Source of the DNA: Ramazzottius varieornatus
Taxonomy: Eukaryota; Animalia; Tardigrada
Length of the DNA: 64,000 nt
Assembly (NCBI GenBank): GCA_001949185.1
Contig: BDGG01000001.1
Location: 386,128 to 450,127, forward strand
Direction: 5' to 3'
Positions 13,440-25,934 of this stretch are shown here, in pieces (the stretch's first letter is position 1; every line of letters starts with the position of its first letter). Made by a program: the position numbers and the translations under genes. The notes beneath the pieces were generated by a model that saw nothing but the letters and a program-made list of their open reading frames with translations, searched no databases and was not told the origin of the DNA.

Positions 13440-15049
13440 TTAACGCGCACTCGACCACTCGAACAGTAAATGATGCCCGCGTGAGAGTCACACAGGCTAT
13501 ACTGGTAAGGTGACTCAGCACGCGGGTGAGTGCGCGTTAATTTAGGAGCACTGCAGTAGTACTCATTGTATGCGTTAGGTTACTAATCGGCCTGCAGAAT
13601 TTTGGAAGTACGTGTCTGTGCCCTATGTATACGTGCGGCTATCTGGTCCGAGAACATCGCATGCAGTAACGAACTCAGCACGTATCTAACATCAAGGTAT
13701 TAAGGTATAAGGCCAATACGAGAGGAAATCTTTGAGTGCAAAATCGCTCCTGGACTCAGCGTCGCGGCTCCCTGGCTAACTTTTCCTCCTGATCTAGAAA
13801 AATATAACGACCACGGTCCTTACTCCCATAGGGAACGAGCTGTAGCTGTCACGTGATCGAAAAACACCCGACACCCAAACACCACCAAAAGTCACCCCTA
13901 GGGATAACATTTTATTGCCAACAACATTCTTCCTGACGACGTCATCAAAAAACCGTTCTGTCACGTGATTCGACAGAAAAACACCTCATACCCAACAAGA
14001 GCATTTCACCGTACAATGACTGTGCTCTGGATTACACCGCAGTTACCGCAGCTTGCGCGGTGTAACAAATAACGTTTCTCTCGTCGAGCAAGGAAACATA
14101 AGGATATAAAAGAATGTCACAAAACGCGTAGTGTGTTGTCCCCGCAACGCTGCGTAAACTCAATGAAAAGGGTGGAACATTGCGAGGATCAAAGATCCTA
14201 TCGGCTGATTTTCCCCGGTGGCGGGATGATCACGAGCTGATCCCAAATTTCTGCAGCGGCCATTCGATAGCCCGTCGGCTTGTCGGAATATTCAGATAAG
14301 GTTTGGTGAGGTTTAGTCGATAAATGTCGATACAGGACTAGCAGTCATGGAAAGGAATACTGTAATTATTCGCTGCTATCGCGCTGTACGTCATCGTACA
14401 CGTGAAGTACAGCCCTGCTCCAGTGACGTATGCTCTTTGAATGGAGCCTGTGATTGCAAGGATACGAACAGCTGATTTGGCTTGAATCTACTACCGCTGC
14501 GCCATACCGCTGACTAACAAGTGCTCATGCTACGCAAATGCGAAACTATGAGGCGTCCTGCACACGTACCCACGCCGGTCAGCTCATCATCTTGCTATCA
14601 ATTAAAAATAAATCAAACTGCGTTACGTCAGAACGTTCTGATTACGTCATCGGGATGAGACTGTACAGCAATTGTTCTCGTGTGCACGAATTTGGTAGTG
14701 GCCTTCAGGAATTTCTTCCGCCGATACAGTCTATCTTAGTTTGTAGACAAAACTCTTCTCCACCTTTCTACCGTGATAACTTGAGGATCGGAGTAGACCG
14801 TTTGGCGTAAATCCCTTGTTAGTAGCCATGTGATGCACAGTTGCCTAGTATCTGCAGGAATATCGACAAGTTGCCCTTGAGTGCCGCCAAAGCTTTCCTC
14901 TTCGGCACTATGTTTTTGTGCTGTTGGTATTTGACCTACATAACCATTTGGTGATCATCCCGAATACCCGAAGAATCAATCTTCTTCTTTGGACAGTATA
15001 TACTCACGAGTCTTGCAACTGCAAGTCAAAGATACAGCCGAATAGTTCG

Positions 15050-15520
15050 ACATCTGTACATTATTCTTCCATTTCAAGTTGGCAAAATCACCGTAAAAAC
15101 AAGAAGGCTCGCCTTGAAGTTTGTTGAATGTTTGTTCACCCGAACGCAACAACAGAAGCTGGTCAAGCTACCAGTTGCATTCACTTTCCCTCTTCGAAAA
15201 CAGAAAAAACGTCCAGAACCTCGATGAATACAAGTGGGTTTGGCAGTTCTGACTGTGGTCCAGTGGATGGTAGAGGCATGGCCGTTCCAATTACGAAACT
15301 GCTTTCTCAAAGCTGACACGTTTCATATGTTAGCAACCAAGTGGTTGATTTTCCGATTTTTGATAAAAAATGATCGTCCATAGGCTATGATGTCACTTTC
15401 TCTGGTTCTCCACAAGCTGTATGGTCGACGTGAGACTGGTGGCGAATGGGTATCTGCACACGAGAATACGTCCAATGTATTTTTTTTCCGAATCGGTCTT
15501 TTGTGACATCAGGATCTTCG
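15050..15520. repeat. Long imperfect repeat, inverted relative to 24180-24575
   Basis: Same conceptual translation on opposite strands (RKQFR.WN.HA.TIH / SFCCCVR.NK.S.NFKA); partial relative at ~61600-61670. Confidence 0.75.
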
Positions 15521-15620
15521 GTCGATGCCCAAAAGTATGTCCATGCCCATAATTTAGCAAATCACGTGTAGTTATTATCAAAGCGACGACCATTCCAGTG
15601 TCTGGGTGATACTATTACAA

Positions 15621-16020
15621 TCAAAGAGAGGCAAAATCCCGAAACGCGGTTTCGTTGTATGGATCGGCAATGTTGCCGTCAGCAGTGTCACTGTCTGGCG
15701 AGCTCGTGCTGGATCGCCCACCAAAAAACGAGCTCTCCAACAGCTGAGATGCGCTGAGCCTGACTAGGGTGTCTTTGACGAAGCACTTTTTGATGATTTT
15801 CACTAGGTCTTTCGACTCTTCTCCACCAATCCCGCTTGGCAAAACGGGCAATCCCATCTCACGGACTCGGTGGACGAAATTGGACTGAATGATACCGCTA
15901 TCATCGCGCGAACTCAGGCTGTCATTCACCTTCTCTGCGCGGTAAGTTAGTTGTCTTCCGGTCAGCATATGAACCAAGATACATCCGAAACTCCAGATAT
16001 ATCGCTTTGGCGTATCGGTG
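15621..16020 (-). pseudogene. 3' part of a Ser/Thr kinase-like pseudogene (subdomains IX-XI), separated from its 5' part by the CACTA insertion
   Basis: IWSFGCILVHMLTG...DLVKIIKKCF...RLSASQLLESSF. Confidence 0.8.
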
Positions 16021-16359
16021 CCCTAATGGTCATAATAAACGAGAAATTTAATTTTCCTGCAGATTTGTGGGAGTATTTTCTCTATGAAATTTCATGTTGC
16101 AAATACGGCGACTAAATCGATGTAGTTGCGGCGCACTTCCCAAAGTTTGAATTAGCAGCGCAAAAACAAGGTCAGGTATTTACGTACCATTTCATAGCCT
16201 ACTGATCTGACTTTTCCGCCAGCTGTGCTTTTCTGCTGTGCGGCAAATTTATGGACATGTTCTGTGGAAGATGAAAGCCATACGAACATTACTGTATTCC
16301 CTCGATTNNNNNNNNNNNNNNNNNNNNNNNNNNNNNNNNNNNNNNNNNNNNNNNNNNCC

Positions 16360-18512
16360 CCGCCGGGTAAATTTACGTCGACCATCACGTGATTCGCGAA
16401 ACAATCGAGGGAATACAGTAATCTCTCTTCACGACATCGGACTGCGACCAGGGTGGTTCCGGACTGCGACTTCGCGTCCACATTAGGGCCGAAGGCAACA
16501 AAGCGAAGGATATGCTCATGGCTTACCTAAGAATTTTTTCTTTCCGAACATCTTTACGAATCCGACACCTTTCACCTTCTTATCTGCCAGTGCCAAAACA
16601 TCTTCCGAAGGAACCAGGATATTCCACATTAGCTTGCGGGCGTATTCGTACATATCCTTCGCTTTTTCTTGCAGCTCTTGTATTTTCCCAGGCGCTGGTA
16701 GATCGTCTTATCGACTTTCTTCTCGTCTTTGATGAACGACCATTTAATTTCTGGCACTAAGGACAGAACACAGGCATAACTATTTTCGACAACGTCGAGC
16801 TGAGCAATACCACGGGACGGATGATCGGGTAATCAGCGCAGGCTTTCCAACCAGCAACAAGGGAAACGTGCGCCACTTGAGAAACGTCCTGCTCGAGTTT
16901 GTGTGCCGATCTGCCCGATCGTTTGCCTTTCCGGCCAAGATCTTAATATATTACTAATTACTCCTTGGTTTACCTTTAGCCTTCTTCAAATGAAAGGAAC
17001 GATAAACTTTGCATTTCTCCGTTCCGTCACTAAATGATTTGAAAACGATCGCATTTCCAATAATTTACAGTGGAAGCGTGCGGCTCCTGGGATGACAACT
17101 TTGTTCAGATCATTTGCCGACGCCTAAAATGGAATTTACCAGACTCCCGCGTCTTCTTCCGACGACTATCTTCCTCTGAGTCCAGTTCGGAGTCTGAGCC
17201 GTGTCCGACATTTTCGCGCGCTACAACAACACCAGATCGAATACTGGAAACCGCCAATCACGAACATGCTGAAACTGATTTAGGTCGTCCGCGGACCTGG
17301 CACACAAGCCTAACATCATCGTTAACCCTAGTGGCGCATATTTATGGATCTATTGCCAATGAACGTGCGCCACTTAAAAACGTTTTCTGTCGATTATTTT
17401 TACCGCGCTCTCATTTTTGATATCGTATCACCCAAAATATCTCCATCAACACACTCATATTTCAAAGAAATATTTTAGGAATGACTGGGGTTGACTTGCC
17501 TTCTGGTTCACGCGTCCAGTCGTTCTCGCTCCACTCATCTTCATTCTCAACCTCTCCAAATTCTGCACTCTTGGAATGGCTTCGGTCGCGGTCTATATCA
17601 CTCTTATTATGTCTGTCTTTGGCCGCGTTGGACGGTGCGTTGGATGAACGGCTGCCTACCACAGACGACGCCGAGCTCGAACGCGATCTCTTTGTGCTCT
17701 TTCGAAAGGATATCTTGGGCTTATATTGAACTGCTGACTTTACAATAGGACCTGGCGCGGTGTCACTATCGCTCTCTTCGTCCTCCCCATCCTCAGTCCG
17801 ATGCTGTCGCTTACGGCAATCTGTGCTCTTAAATAACCGGCGGTTATTCAGTTCTCTGCGCTTGTTGCGGTCGGACTCTGCACGCTCGGTATTGACCATA
17901 CGTGAGCTCCGCTTGGCTGGCGCATTCTTGTTCCTTCCTTGAAAAAAAATCCCGAAAACAAAATCACATAAATTACTTCAATGGATGCTGTTAAATTAGA
18001 CTCGCTAGACATCGGTAAAAATATAAATCAATCCGACTGAGCAGCTTGCTTGGATAATATTCACTTACCTCGGACTGGCGAATTCCTTCGAGGGTGTCAA
18101 ACAGCGCATTGATCTTCTCGACATCTGATTCCACCTCAACAATGATGGCTTTGGAGATCTGATACCTTTCGTCCCACTTAGCTCGAATATGGATGCCTTT
18201 CTCAAATTCTTGCTTCTCAATCAGCTCATCGCTGCAGCTGTGTCTTTCGGTCATGAATTCCTCGTTCTGCTCCAGAGGTGGTCTCACTTGATAAAATCCA
18301 TCTTTATACTTCAGAAGGATATACTCTGCCGATTGGAAAGAGTCAGAGCATAACAGACGGATGGCAACAGAAAGTACAGTCAACTTACTGCCGGGATCAC
18401 GCGTATTCTTGAGCATCGCCTTGAACAGTGCGGAGTTGCCCTTAGCCCTTTCCGAATCCGAAGTTGCGACATTCCTGTTGCCTTTCTTCGACTTTTTGTT
18501 CGGGTTTCCCAT
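16360..18512 (-). CDS. Second, divergently transcribed spliced gene of the CACTA element (accessory protein, possibly frameshifted)
   Basis: Coding-like ORFs 17991-18581 and 17462-17899, further exons near 17070-17290 and 16528-16758 with GT-AG boundaries; charged low-complexity middle; boundaries approximate. Confidence 0.5.
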
Positions 18513-18859
18513 GTTGACATGAAGATAAAGCACCGCAAGGAGACAGCAAGAAAGTGTTGGAGAAACAAAACTGCCATACATGACAACAATTTGAGGAAGA
18601 TTGACAACCGTTAGAGCCGTTACGTTGCATATATGAGGGCCCCGGGCAGCATCTCAGAGTACGCGAAGACACTTACAGTGCTCGCAGTAAATAATGACCC
18701 TGCACACACGTAAATGGTTCGTAGCAGCCATGTCGGATTGCTCACGTAACGTCAAAGCAATATGAACGAATCAAATCCACTGATTTCTGGAAGCACATAA
18801 ACGACAATTTCTGGAAGCATTTAAAAACACGTTTTCTGTGTTTCTGGACCTTACCAGCA

Positions 18860-21798
18860 ATGGAGCGGCAACGATTATCGAAATTTTATATCAAGCTAAA
18901 TTTAGCAAACAAGCGCGCCGCGAAGGACGATGGTGATGGGCTTAATAAAGGAAACGCCAAGCGAGCCAATCGACTACCGTCTATCCCTGACTTGACAAAT
19001 GCCCCACCTGTTGATCGTGCCGTGACACCTGAGCCCGATGACCTGGAAGACGTCACTGATGACCGCAGCACTGACTTCGGTAACCTACAGGGAAATTCAG
19101 ACGACGAAATGGAATCGGCGACGGAAAGTTCGGATTCAAGCTGTGGTAAGAAACTTACGTTACAAGAAAACAATATCTCATGGTGATACTGTTTATTATT
19201 AATCAGGTGCATTGTCTATGAACCACTCATGCAGTCCGGATCCTTCGGTGATAAAAGATGCTGAATGGACAATACTGGATGTCTGCGCGATGATGCTGTA
19301 CACTGCAAAGAGCAACGGAGTAACCAACGCGACGCTGGATAATTTCCTGAAAGTGGTAGCGCTGGTCATAAACGGAAAAAGAAACGTGGAGGACGACAGA
19401 GCCCGAAGTAAGTTTCCTGCAAGTGTCCGGTCAGTCAAGACAGCCTTAAAAATATCCCACGAGGAACAGCAAAAGGTTATCCACATCTGTCCAACCAAGC
19501 GATTGATTCGAAAGAAAGGCGAAGATATTCCTACGACCGAGATTTGCGGCTATACTCTGCATCCGCATTATAATCCGGCCCGGAAGACCTCTGCGACCTC
19601 TGCAGTGCGGAATGGGATCACAAAGTTGTCGAGAAGGATGGCAATCACTTTGTGGCTGCGTCTCTTCGATGGATCTTATCGAATGTTTTGTACCGATACG
19701 GCAAAAACGTCAGTACGGAGGGGTTAGCTGGTGGTAATACCGATGCTATGTACGACGTAAAGGATGGCGAACGGTGGAAGAAAATGAAGCTAGACGAGAC
19801 AGATTTGGTGATTTCCGTTCATGCGGACGGGGCCGCAATTAGCAAGAGCACCCAGAGAAAAATGTATCTCGTATTTGTCCATCTTCTTAACTTACCAGTG
19901 GGTGTTCGCCGGAACATGTGGCCGCTATTCTTGGTCTGGGTAGGCGAAGCACTGCCCAGAGATCGCGAAGCTTTTTTGATGGAGCTATCCCTGCAGCTGA
20001 CCACTTTGCAGACTGACTCTCCTGACTTCCGTCCTATAAGCTGGAAAAATCGAGAAGGGAGGATGATCGAATCATCAACCCACATACACTCTGTGTGGTC
20101 AGACACGCCCGAAAGAGCAGCCTTGAATGGTCAGTTTTCACATGCCGCAGCGCAAGGGTGCATTTACTGTACTCAGGTAACCGCGCGATATCTCAGACGT
20201 TTATTTCTGTTCACTTTGCGCACTTATATTTATAAAACAGCACGTGCTTTTTTTGGCAGACTGCGGAATGTATTGACCACGTGATGTGTTACCGCTACAA
20301 GAAAGATCCCATCCTGAAATCTCACGAGAAGATAGCAGCCTTGTCGGAGAGATGGCACACCCTAACCCCAGCCGAACAGAAGAAAATACATGAAGACCGA
20401 ACCGTGGGTGGTTTCAAACGGCCTTCCCTCGTACGACACTGGGAGAAGTTCGACGTGGTGGAAGGTTTCGCACAGGACGTCATGCATCAAATGGACGAAG
20501 GTCTATCAAAGGGCTTCCTAAAGGCCGTCGTCGAAGGAAGTAGCGTGATGAAATTGTCCAAGAACCAGGTGAATGAAATCGATCGTAGATGGCTATCGAT
20601 CACAGTCCCTGGTCACGACAACAGGAAATTACGTTCAATCCGCACCTACAAGCAGTGGAAGGCTCACGAGCTTCGCTTTTTCCTCCAACATGGTGGTCCC
20701 TTTGTGACGAACGGACTCGTGCCTGATGCCTTCTATAAGATCCTCTGCTTGGCGAGCTCAATTGCATGGACGTGCACACGAGATTCAGTCACCGTGCATG
20801 ACGTCAAGACAGTTGAGAAAGCATGTACTACTTTCCTCAAGAATTTCCAGAATTTCTTCGGCGTGCGCGCAATGAAGTATTCTGTTCATCTTGTCCAGCA
20901 TATACCCATGGCCTTAAGATTATTCGGTCCGTTGCATTTAGTGTCTTGCTATAGACCGGAGAACGAAATCGGGAAAATCTCTCGGAGGATTTGTGGAACG
21001 AATAATACCACAAAACAAATAATGAATTCGTTTCTGACACTGACCGAATGCAGCAACTACCTCAGTGACGTGATATCATTAGACTCCAAGAAGAACAGTC
21101 TGGTGATGAAAACGGTCCTTCAAGTTATGGATTTACCGATGCCTGTATTTTCTGCAACGGCCTCCGAGGGAAGGTGTCGCCTTTTAGGAAAACCGGAGCT
21201 TTTGATGAACAAAGATGAGCTGAGCCTGCTCGGGCGGCACCCGGAAATTCAAAGAGCCCGTTTGGAAGTTGGAATCTTCCCACGTACCAGCGCGCACAAC
21301 GAAAAGTCCCTCCGAAATGAGAGCATCATAATGGATAAAGATCAAAAGGCATGGAAAGTTTTCGACATTATCGCGGTCATGGGTACGGAAGCTAGCCAGG
21401 TCGGGCGAACCTTCGTTTACGGAGAAAAAATGGAAAAGGTAGACGCTAACAGAGTCGGAGTGGACCATGTCTACGCCGTACAGGCTTCCGGTACGAAACA
21501 AGTGTTTCCGACAGCGTTTGTTGGCCATGAAGGACAGAAAGGCCTTGATACTCGTATTTTGTACCACGTGAAGTGGTACGGATACCCGAAATCAAAGAAC
21601 ACATGGGAGCCTGAGGAATCGTTGCTACAAAGCGGGGACGCAATTGCTGAATACTGGAGGATGGTCAACTGTTTGAAGGAATACGACAGCCGTCCTAAAC
21701 GCGGCGAAACCTACAAGTCAAAGAAGGAAGCCTCGAAGGAGTTCCAGCGGTTGATTAACGAACTCAGTAGTATTTTGAAGGAAGACCCATGTGTGTGA
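18860..21798 (+). CDS. CACTA-type DDE transposase with C-terminal chromodomain (2 introns, one apparent frameshift near 19570)
   Basis: HADG..SKS...LLNLP, SDTPERA...GCIYC, QDVMHQMDEG, WKAHELR.F, KYSVHLVQH, RPENEIG; introns 19146-19206 and 20177-20259; YHVKWYGYPKSKNTWEPEESL. Confidence 0.88.
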
Positions 21799-22580
21799 AA
21801 GTTTTAAGATATAATTGGCTTGTATATTTGGAATGTGGGTAGATGATTTCTACCAAATCGTTTTCTAAGTGGCGCAAACTTTCACCCATTAAGAACACAA
21901 ACCTGCGCCACTTGAGAAAGCGATCTGCTTCAATTCATTCGCTCATGTCCCATTTTTTTGGCTCAGCAGCATTCCTGTATGTGAGAAAAACATCACCACT
22001 GTCGCGGTAAGGTCGCTGTGCTGTTATTTTATTATTCTATTATTTCAGGAGCAGAGACACCTGCGTCGCTCGTGCTCCATAGTTGCCTCTGATATTCTGG
22101 GGATGGATCCCAGCCGGCTGACGGAGAAGGAAACGAGATCACTGTCACGTCGGATTGGCTTGGCGGTAAAAGAAGTGTTTTCACGCGACAAAGACGTTCA
22201 CGGTACTCGTCAGCTAACTCGCAACGGTCCCAGACATTATGTCAGACTTTCTTTGTTATAGTTCATGTTCGATTCAAGTTACTGGGAAAGGATATTCGCG
22301 TTGATCATTTACTGATTTATTGCCTACGCGGCATCTTTGATACTGTTGAGTTTGCTCGCTTCACGCTGCTGATTTTTGCGGCAGCAATACTTCTTTGTTG
22401 AATTTTCTGCTGCAAATCTGATTCCTTTTTTCTGCTTTCTCGAAAATTTCCAATACAAATCCTAATACTTTGATTCTTTCCGAGATGTTAAAATTTCACT
22501 ATATCTGCCATTGGAAGATCCCCACTAAAATACCCTTCTTTGTATTTTACTGTAGTTTTGTAAAATTAGGTTCGTTAGGG

Positions 22581-23698
22581 GTGTATTCCCCGTCTTCTCC
22601 TGATCTCGTGACACATTCTTCAAGACATTCATCCATGACCGAGCAGGTTACAGTAGTCCCATAAGGAGGCCTTAGGCTTTTGTTACAGAGTACCACCTGC
22701 GCAGTACTCCATGTAGCGCTTATACTCTGGTGTCTCGTCCAATATGAATTGAAAATCGCAGTGACGGACTACGTTCGGATGGGAAAGGTCTAATAAGACC
22801 AAAGCTTTCCTCCTCATCGACAAAAGCGCTCCGTTGAGGTGGAGCTCTCCTTGGTGAAGTCGGACCGTTTTCACAAGAATCTCATCAGAACCTCCCACCG
22901 AGCGCCTCATGATGAACATGTTTGCGCGGCCCCGAGTGCGCAGTTCACGAAGCTCGATATACTGAGCGTCGATTTTTCCCTTATTCCATTGTAGCTCAGC
23001 AGGCTTGACGCTGAAGATGCTATAGTTTTCCAGATGAAGGCCTCTTACTTGGCCGTCGGAATCCAGGCAGTTGATCAAAAGCTCCGCTATTGGAAAAGAC
23101 GCTGTTCTCGAGAACGCATACGCAACACGACTAGCGTCCATTATGTACTCGACGATCTTCTTTTTGTAGGTCTCATCATCGCATGTCTTACGTAATCGGT
23201 CTAATTCATCTTCTTTCATTGGCAAACGGAGCATATCACCGGCCATCATTTCTAGGAACAGTATTCCGAAACTCCATACCTGAACATCGGCAGGCTTCAT
23301 CCAGTTTAGGTCGATAGCTGCGCCCGATCTGGATCGGTGACGGGGATGTAGTTCTCTATCTCCAGCATCTCTGGAGCCATGTGTAGTATCTTTCTTGGGT
23401 CAATCGCCCGTATCTCATGAGCCGGTGGATGCTTCAGAAAATCACCAACGTCTATCTTTACATTGGATGCGTTGGCATTATCGGATGTCAGCATCCCGTT
23501 TTCGGCAGAAATAGCTACCATGAATGGAGCAGCTTTGAATCCATGATTACGGCTCCGCTGGACATTCACTTGAAACTTAGGTACAGAATTCCCTCCAAGA
23601 CTTGCCGGGCCCATTTTTGTATCAGATGAGGAGTCAAAACGATCTTGTGTAGTGCGCCTCGCAGAGTTCCACCTAGAAGGATATAAGTGTTCTGCCAT
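22581..23698 (-). pseudogene. 5' part of a degenerate tandem-kinase-domain gene
   Basis: HMAPEML, ADVQVWSFGILFLEM, then LSHPNVVRH, YMEYCAGGTL; in-frame stops; HRD/DFG region of the second domain absent. Confidence 0.75.
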
Positions 23699-24179
23699 AT
23701 CAGGTAGGGCGAGAGGTTAGGATCTCGTAAAATTGTGCGCCCATCCGAGTTCGCCGTGTGACAGGCTACGCGAGAATTCAGCTTAAAAATGGGTGGGGCT
23801 AGCCAGTTGGAGCTTAGTCCCTCTTTGATCCATCAACAAGTTTATTTTCCACGAGTACGGTGTGCAGCACCATATGGCTTTATCCATATGGTTTAAATTA
23901 TAGCCCATTTTCGCAGGTTTACTTGTGGTCAACGCTGGATTGACTTCTTCCTTCCTTCGCTGTCGTACTCTTGTCGCTATTAATTGTTAGCTTGGGCGTT
24001 GCTCGATTGACCTTGTGTTTGCACATGACGGTCTGATGGCAACCGAGTTTCCTGGAGATCATGGAACTATTCTTTCACTTGAGATAACCTTGCAACTTTG
24101 TCCGCCGACCCTCGCTGCATTTACTTCGTTTGCTTGCTCTCTTCATACGATCCGCGCACGGAAGGTTCTCGGCATGTAA

Positions 24180-24575
24180 GCTCCCATACCGCCAGTCATT
24201 TCCGTGTTCGTTCCAGCCAAGCATCAACCGTACAGCTCACGAAAAGGTAGTGACGTCATCGTCTAAGGACAATCAATTTTTATCGAAAATCAACTACTTC
24301 TCTGCTACCCTATGAAACGCGCCAGCTTTGCGAAAGCAGTTTCGTGAGTGGAACTGCCACGCCTTCACAATCCATTTGACCGAATACAGCAATGTCAAGC
24401 TCTCTTGTATTCTCGAGGTTTTGGAACTTGTTTCTGTTTTCGAAGAGCGAAAAGTGGTTGCAACTCGTAGCTTCTGTTGTTGCGTTCGAATGAACAAACA
24501 GTCAAAAAACTTCAAGGCTTGTGTTTATAGTGATTTTGCCAGTTTGAACTGGAAAAACAGTGTGCCGATGTATAT
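24180..24575. repeat. Long imperfect repeat, inverted partner of 15050-15520
   Basis: Reverse-complement similarity to 15050-15520 with matching outer and inner ends. Confidence 0.75.
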
Positions 24576-25934
24576 TGCGCTGCAACACGCTGCCAAGTAG
24601 GACTGCCTGCTACATTTAGTCACGAGCTTTTCATTCTCGACACAGTTTTTTGAATTGCTGTGCAAGATATTATGTGTCAGACACAGCTTAAGACAGCCCC
24701 ACCAGAATTTACTAGATTACGTCAGTGTCCACTGACGTGAAGTAAGATCGACTTACCCGCACACAACTCCGTTGTAATCCAGTATTCTGATGTCAACGAC
24801 ACGGGATACATAGATATCAGCCCGAAACCTTAAAGCTTGACAACACGATGCGATAGTTTCTGAAGGCGAGGCCTACATCAGTTCTTGAACAAGGGAACGA
24901 GAGCCCTTACTCGTCTCATCAGATCCGCTTTCTTGTTATTGTCACAGCCCGGTTGCCATAATTCTAGCGCAAATGTGTCTCTTGCTGGAAAATCTCTTGC
25001 AGTCACGGGATATAAGAATCTTCCGTTCAGTGCTCGGCTCTCACTGAGATAAGTGTCCGCAACCGTTAGTTCAGTCCTGGCCTCCAATAAGAGAGCCTTA
25101 GACCATATAATCAGGCTTTGCGAAGTTGCTCGTGCCATGGCAGTACCGTGCCATCAAATTACTCCTTCGCTCTTCTGAAAGTCCTCAGTCTTCCCATGTC
25201 AAAATTTCTGTACGCTGTTGCAGTATCTATGCTATATGTGATGCTGTAAACATGCGGCGATGCCACTTCGGACTTCGTTTTCAGTGAGCAAACATTCAGC
25301 GGTACCATATCCAATGTAAACACAGACACAAACCTGTCCGCACATTTCGAAACCCTCGTTTACGGAACAGATCACCGTGATTGTACCGGGAGCCCGTACA
25401 GGCCTGCTATCCACGGTTATCAACACTCAATCAAGGAGCAATACGGAACATCGCTTTCGATACGATTAAATAAGGCACCGTTGGTACTTGTCATATTGTA
25501 CCTATAACCGGATTAGCCAGGGTAAACGCCAACCAATAGCCGACCGCAGGACTCAAATTGCTGTTTTTCCATTGACTGCCCTGGCTAATTCGTTATAGGT
25601 GCTATATAATATAAGCACCAACGGTGCGTTATCTGATCGTATCGAAAGCGATATTCCGCATTGCTCAAAAAATGATTGTTTTATTTCTGGCGATCGGGTT
25701 GCAACAGACTCTGTAGCATTCGACGCGAGATGAGCTGGAGAATGTTGCAGGGGAGCACCACGGACCGATGACACCAGAAACCCGTTGTACACTGAAGCCA
25801 TCGCTTGATCAGCAAAGACCAGGCTTGAGAGCTTCATGCCAACGGTCAATAAGAAGTTATTGTTTCGAACTCATTCTTTCAGTGTTCAGAAGTTTTCGGA
25901 TAGCAGAGCAGCGAATAATCCACTTAATTGACCT

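Larger units (their letters stand above)
16021..22580. mobile_element. CACTA/EnSpm (CMC superfamily) transposon, ~6.56 kb
   Basis: Termini CCCTAA...TTAGGG (fits CMCWR); 3-bp GTG duplication at 16018-16020 and 22581-22583; internal DDE transposase; removal rejoins the kinase frame. Confidence 0.9.

Noticed and set aside
16288-16422. 20-bp inverted repeat (ATTACTGTATTCCCTCGATT) spanning the N gap
   Set aside because: One arm abuts the gap, so a scaffolding artefact cannot be excluded.
16021-16488. Separate small MITE CCCTAATG...CATTAGGG
   Set aside because: No matching target duplication at 16489, and the site lies in an intron of the second gene.
16021-22580. CCCTAA/TTAGGG as telomeric repeats
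   Set aside because: Single units at the element ends with a GTG duplication; better explained as CMC-type TIRs.
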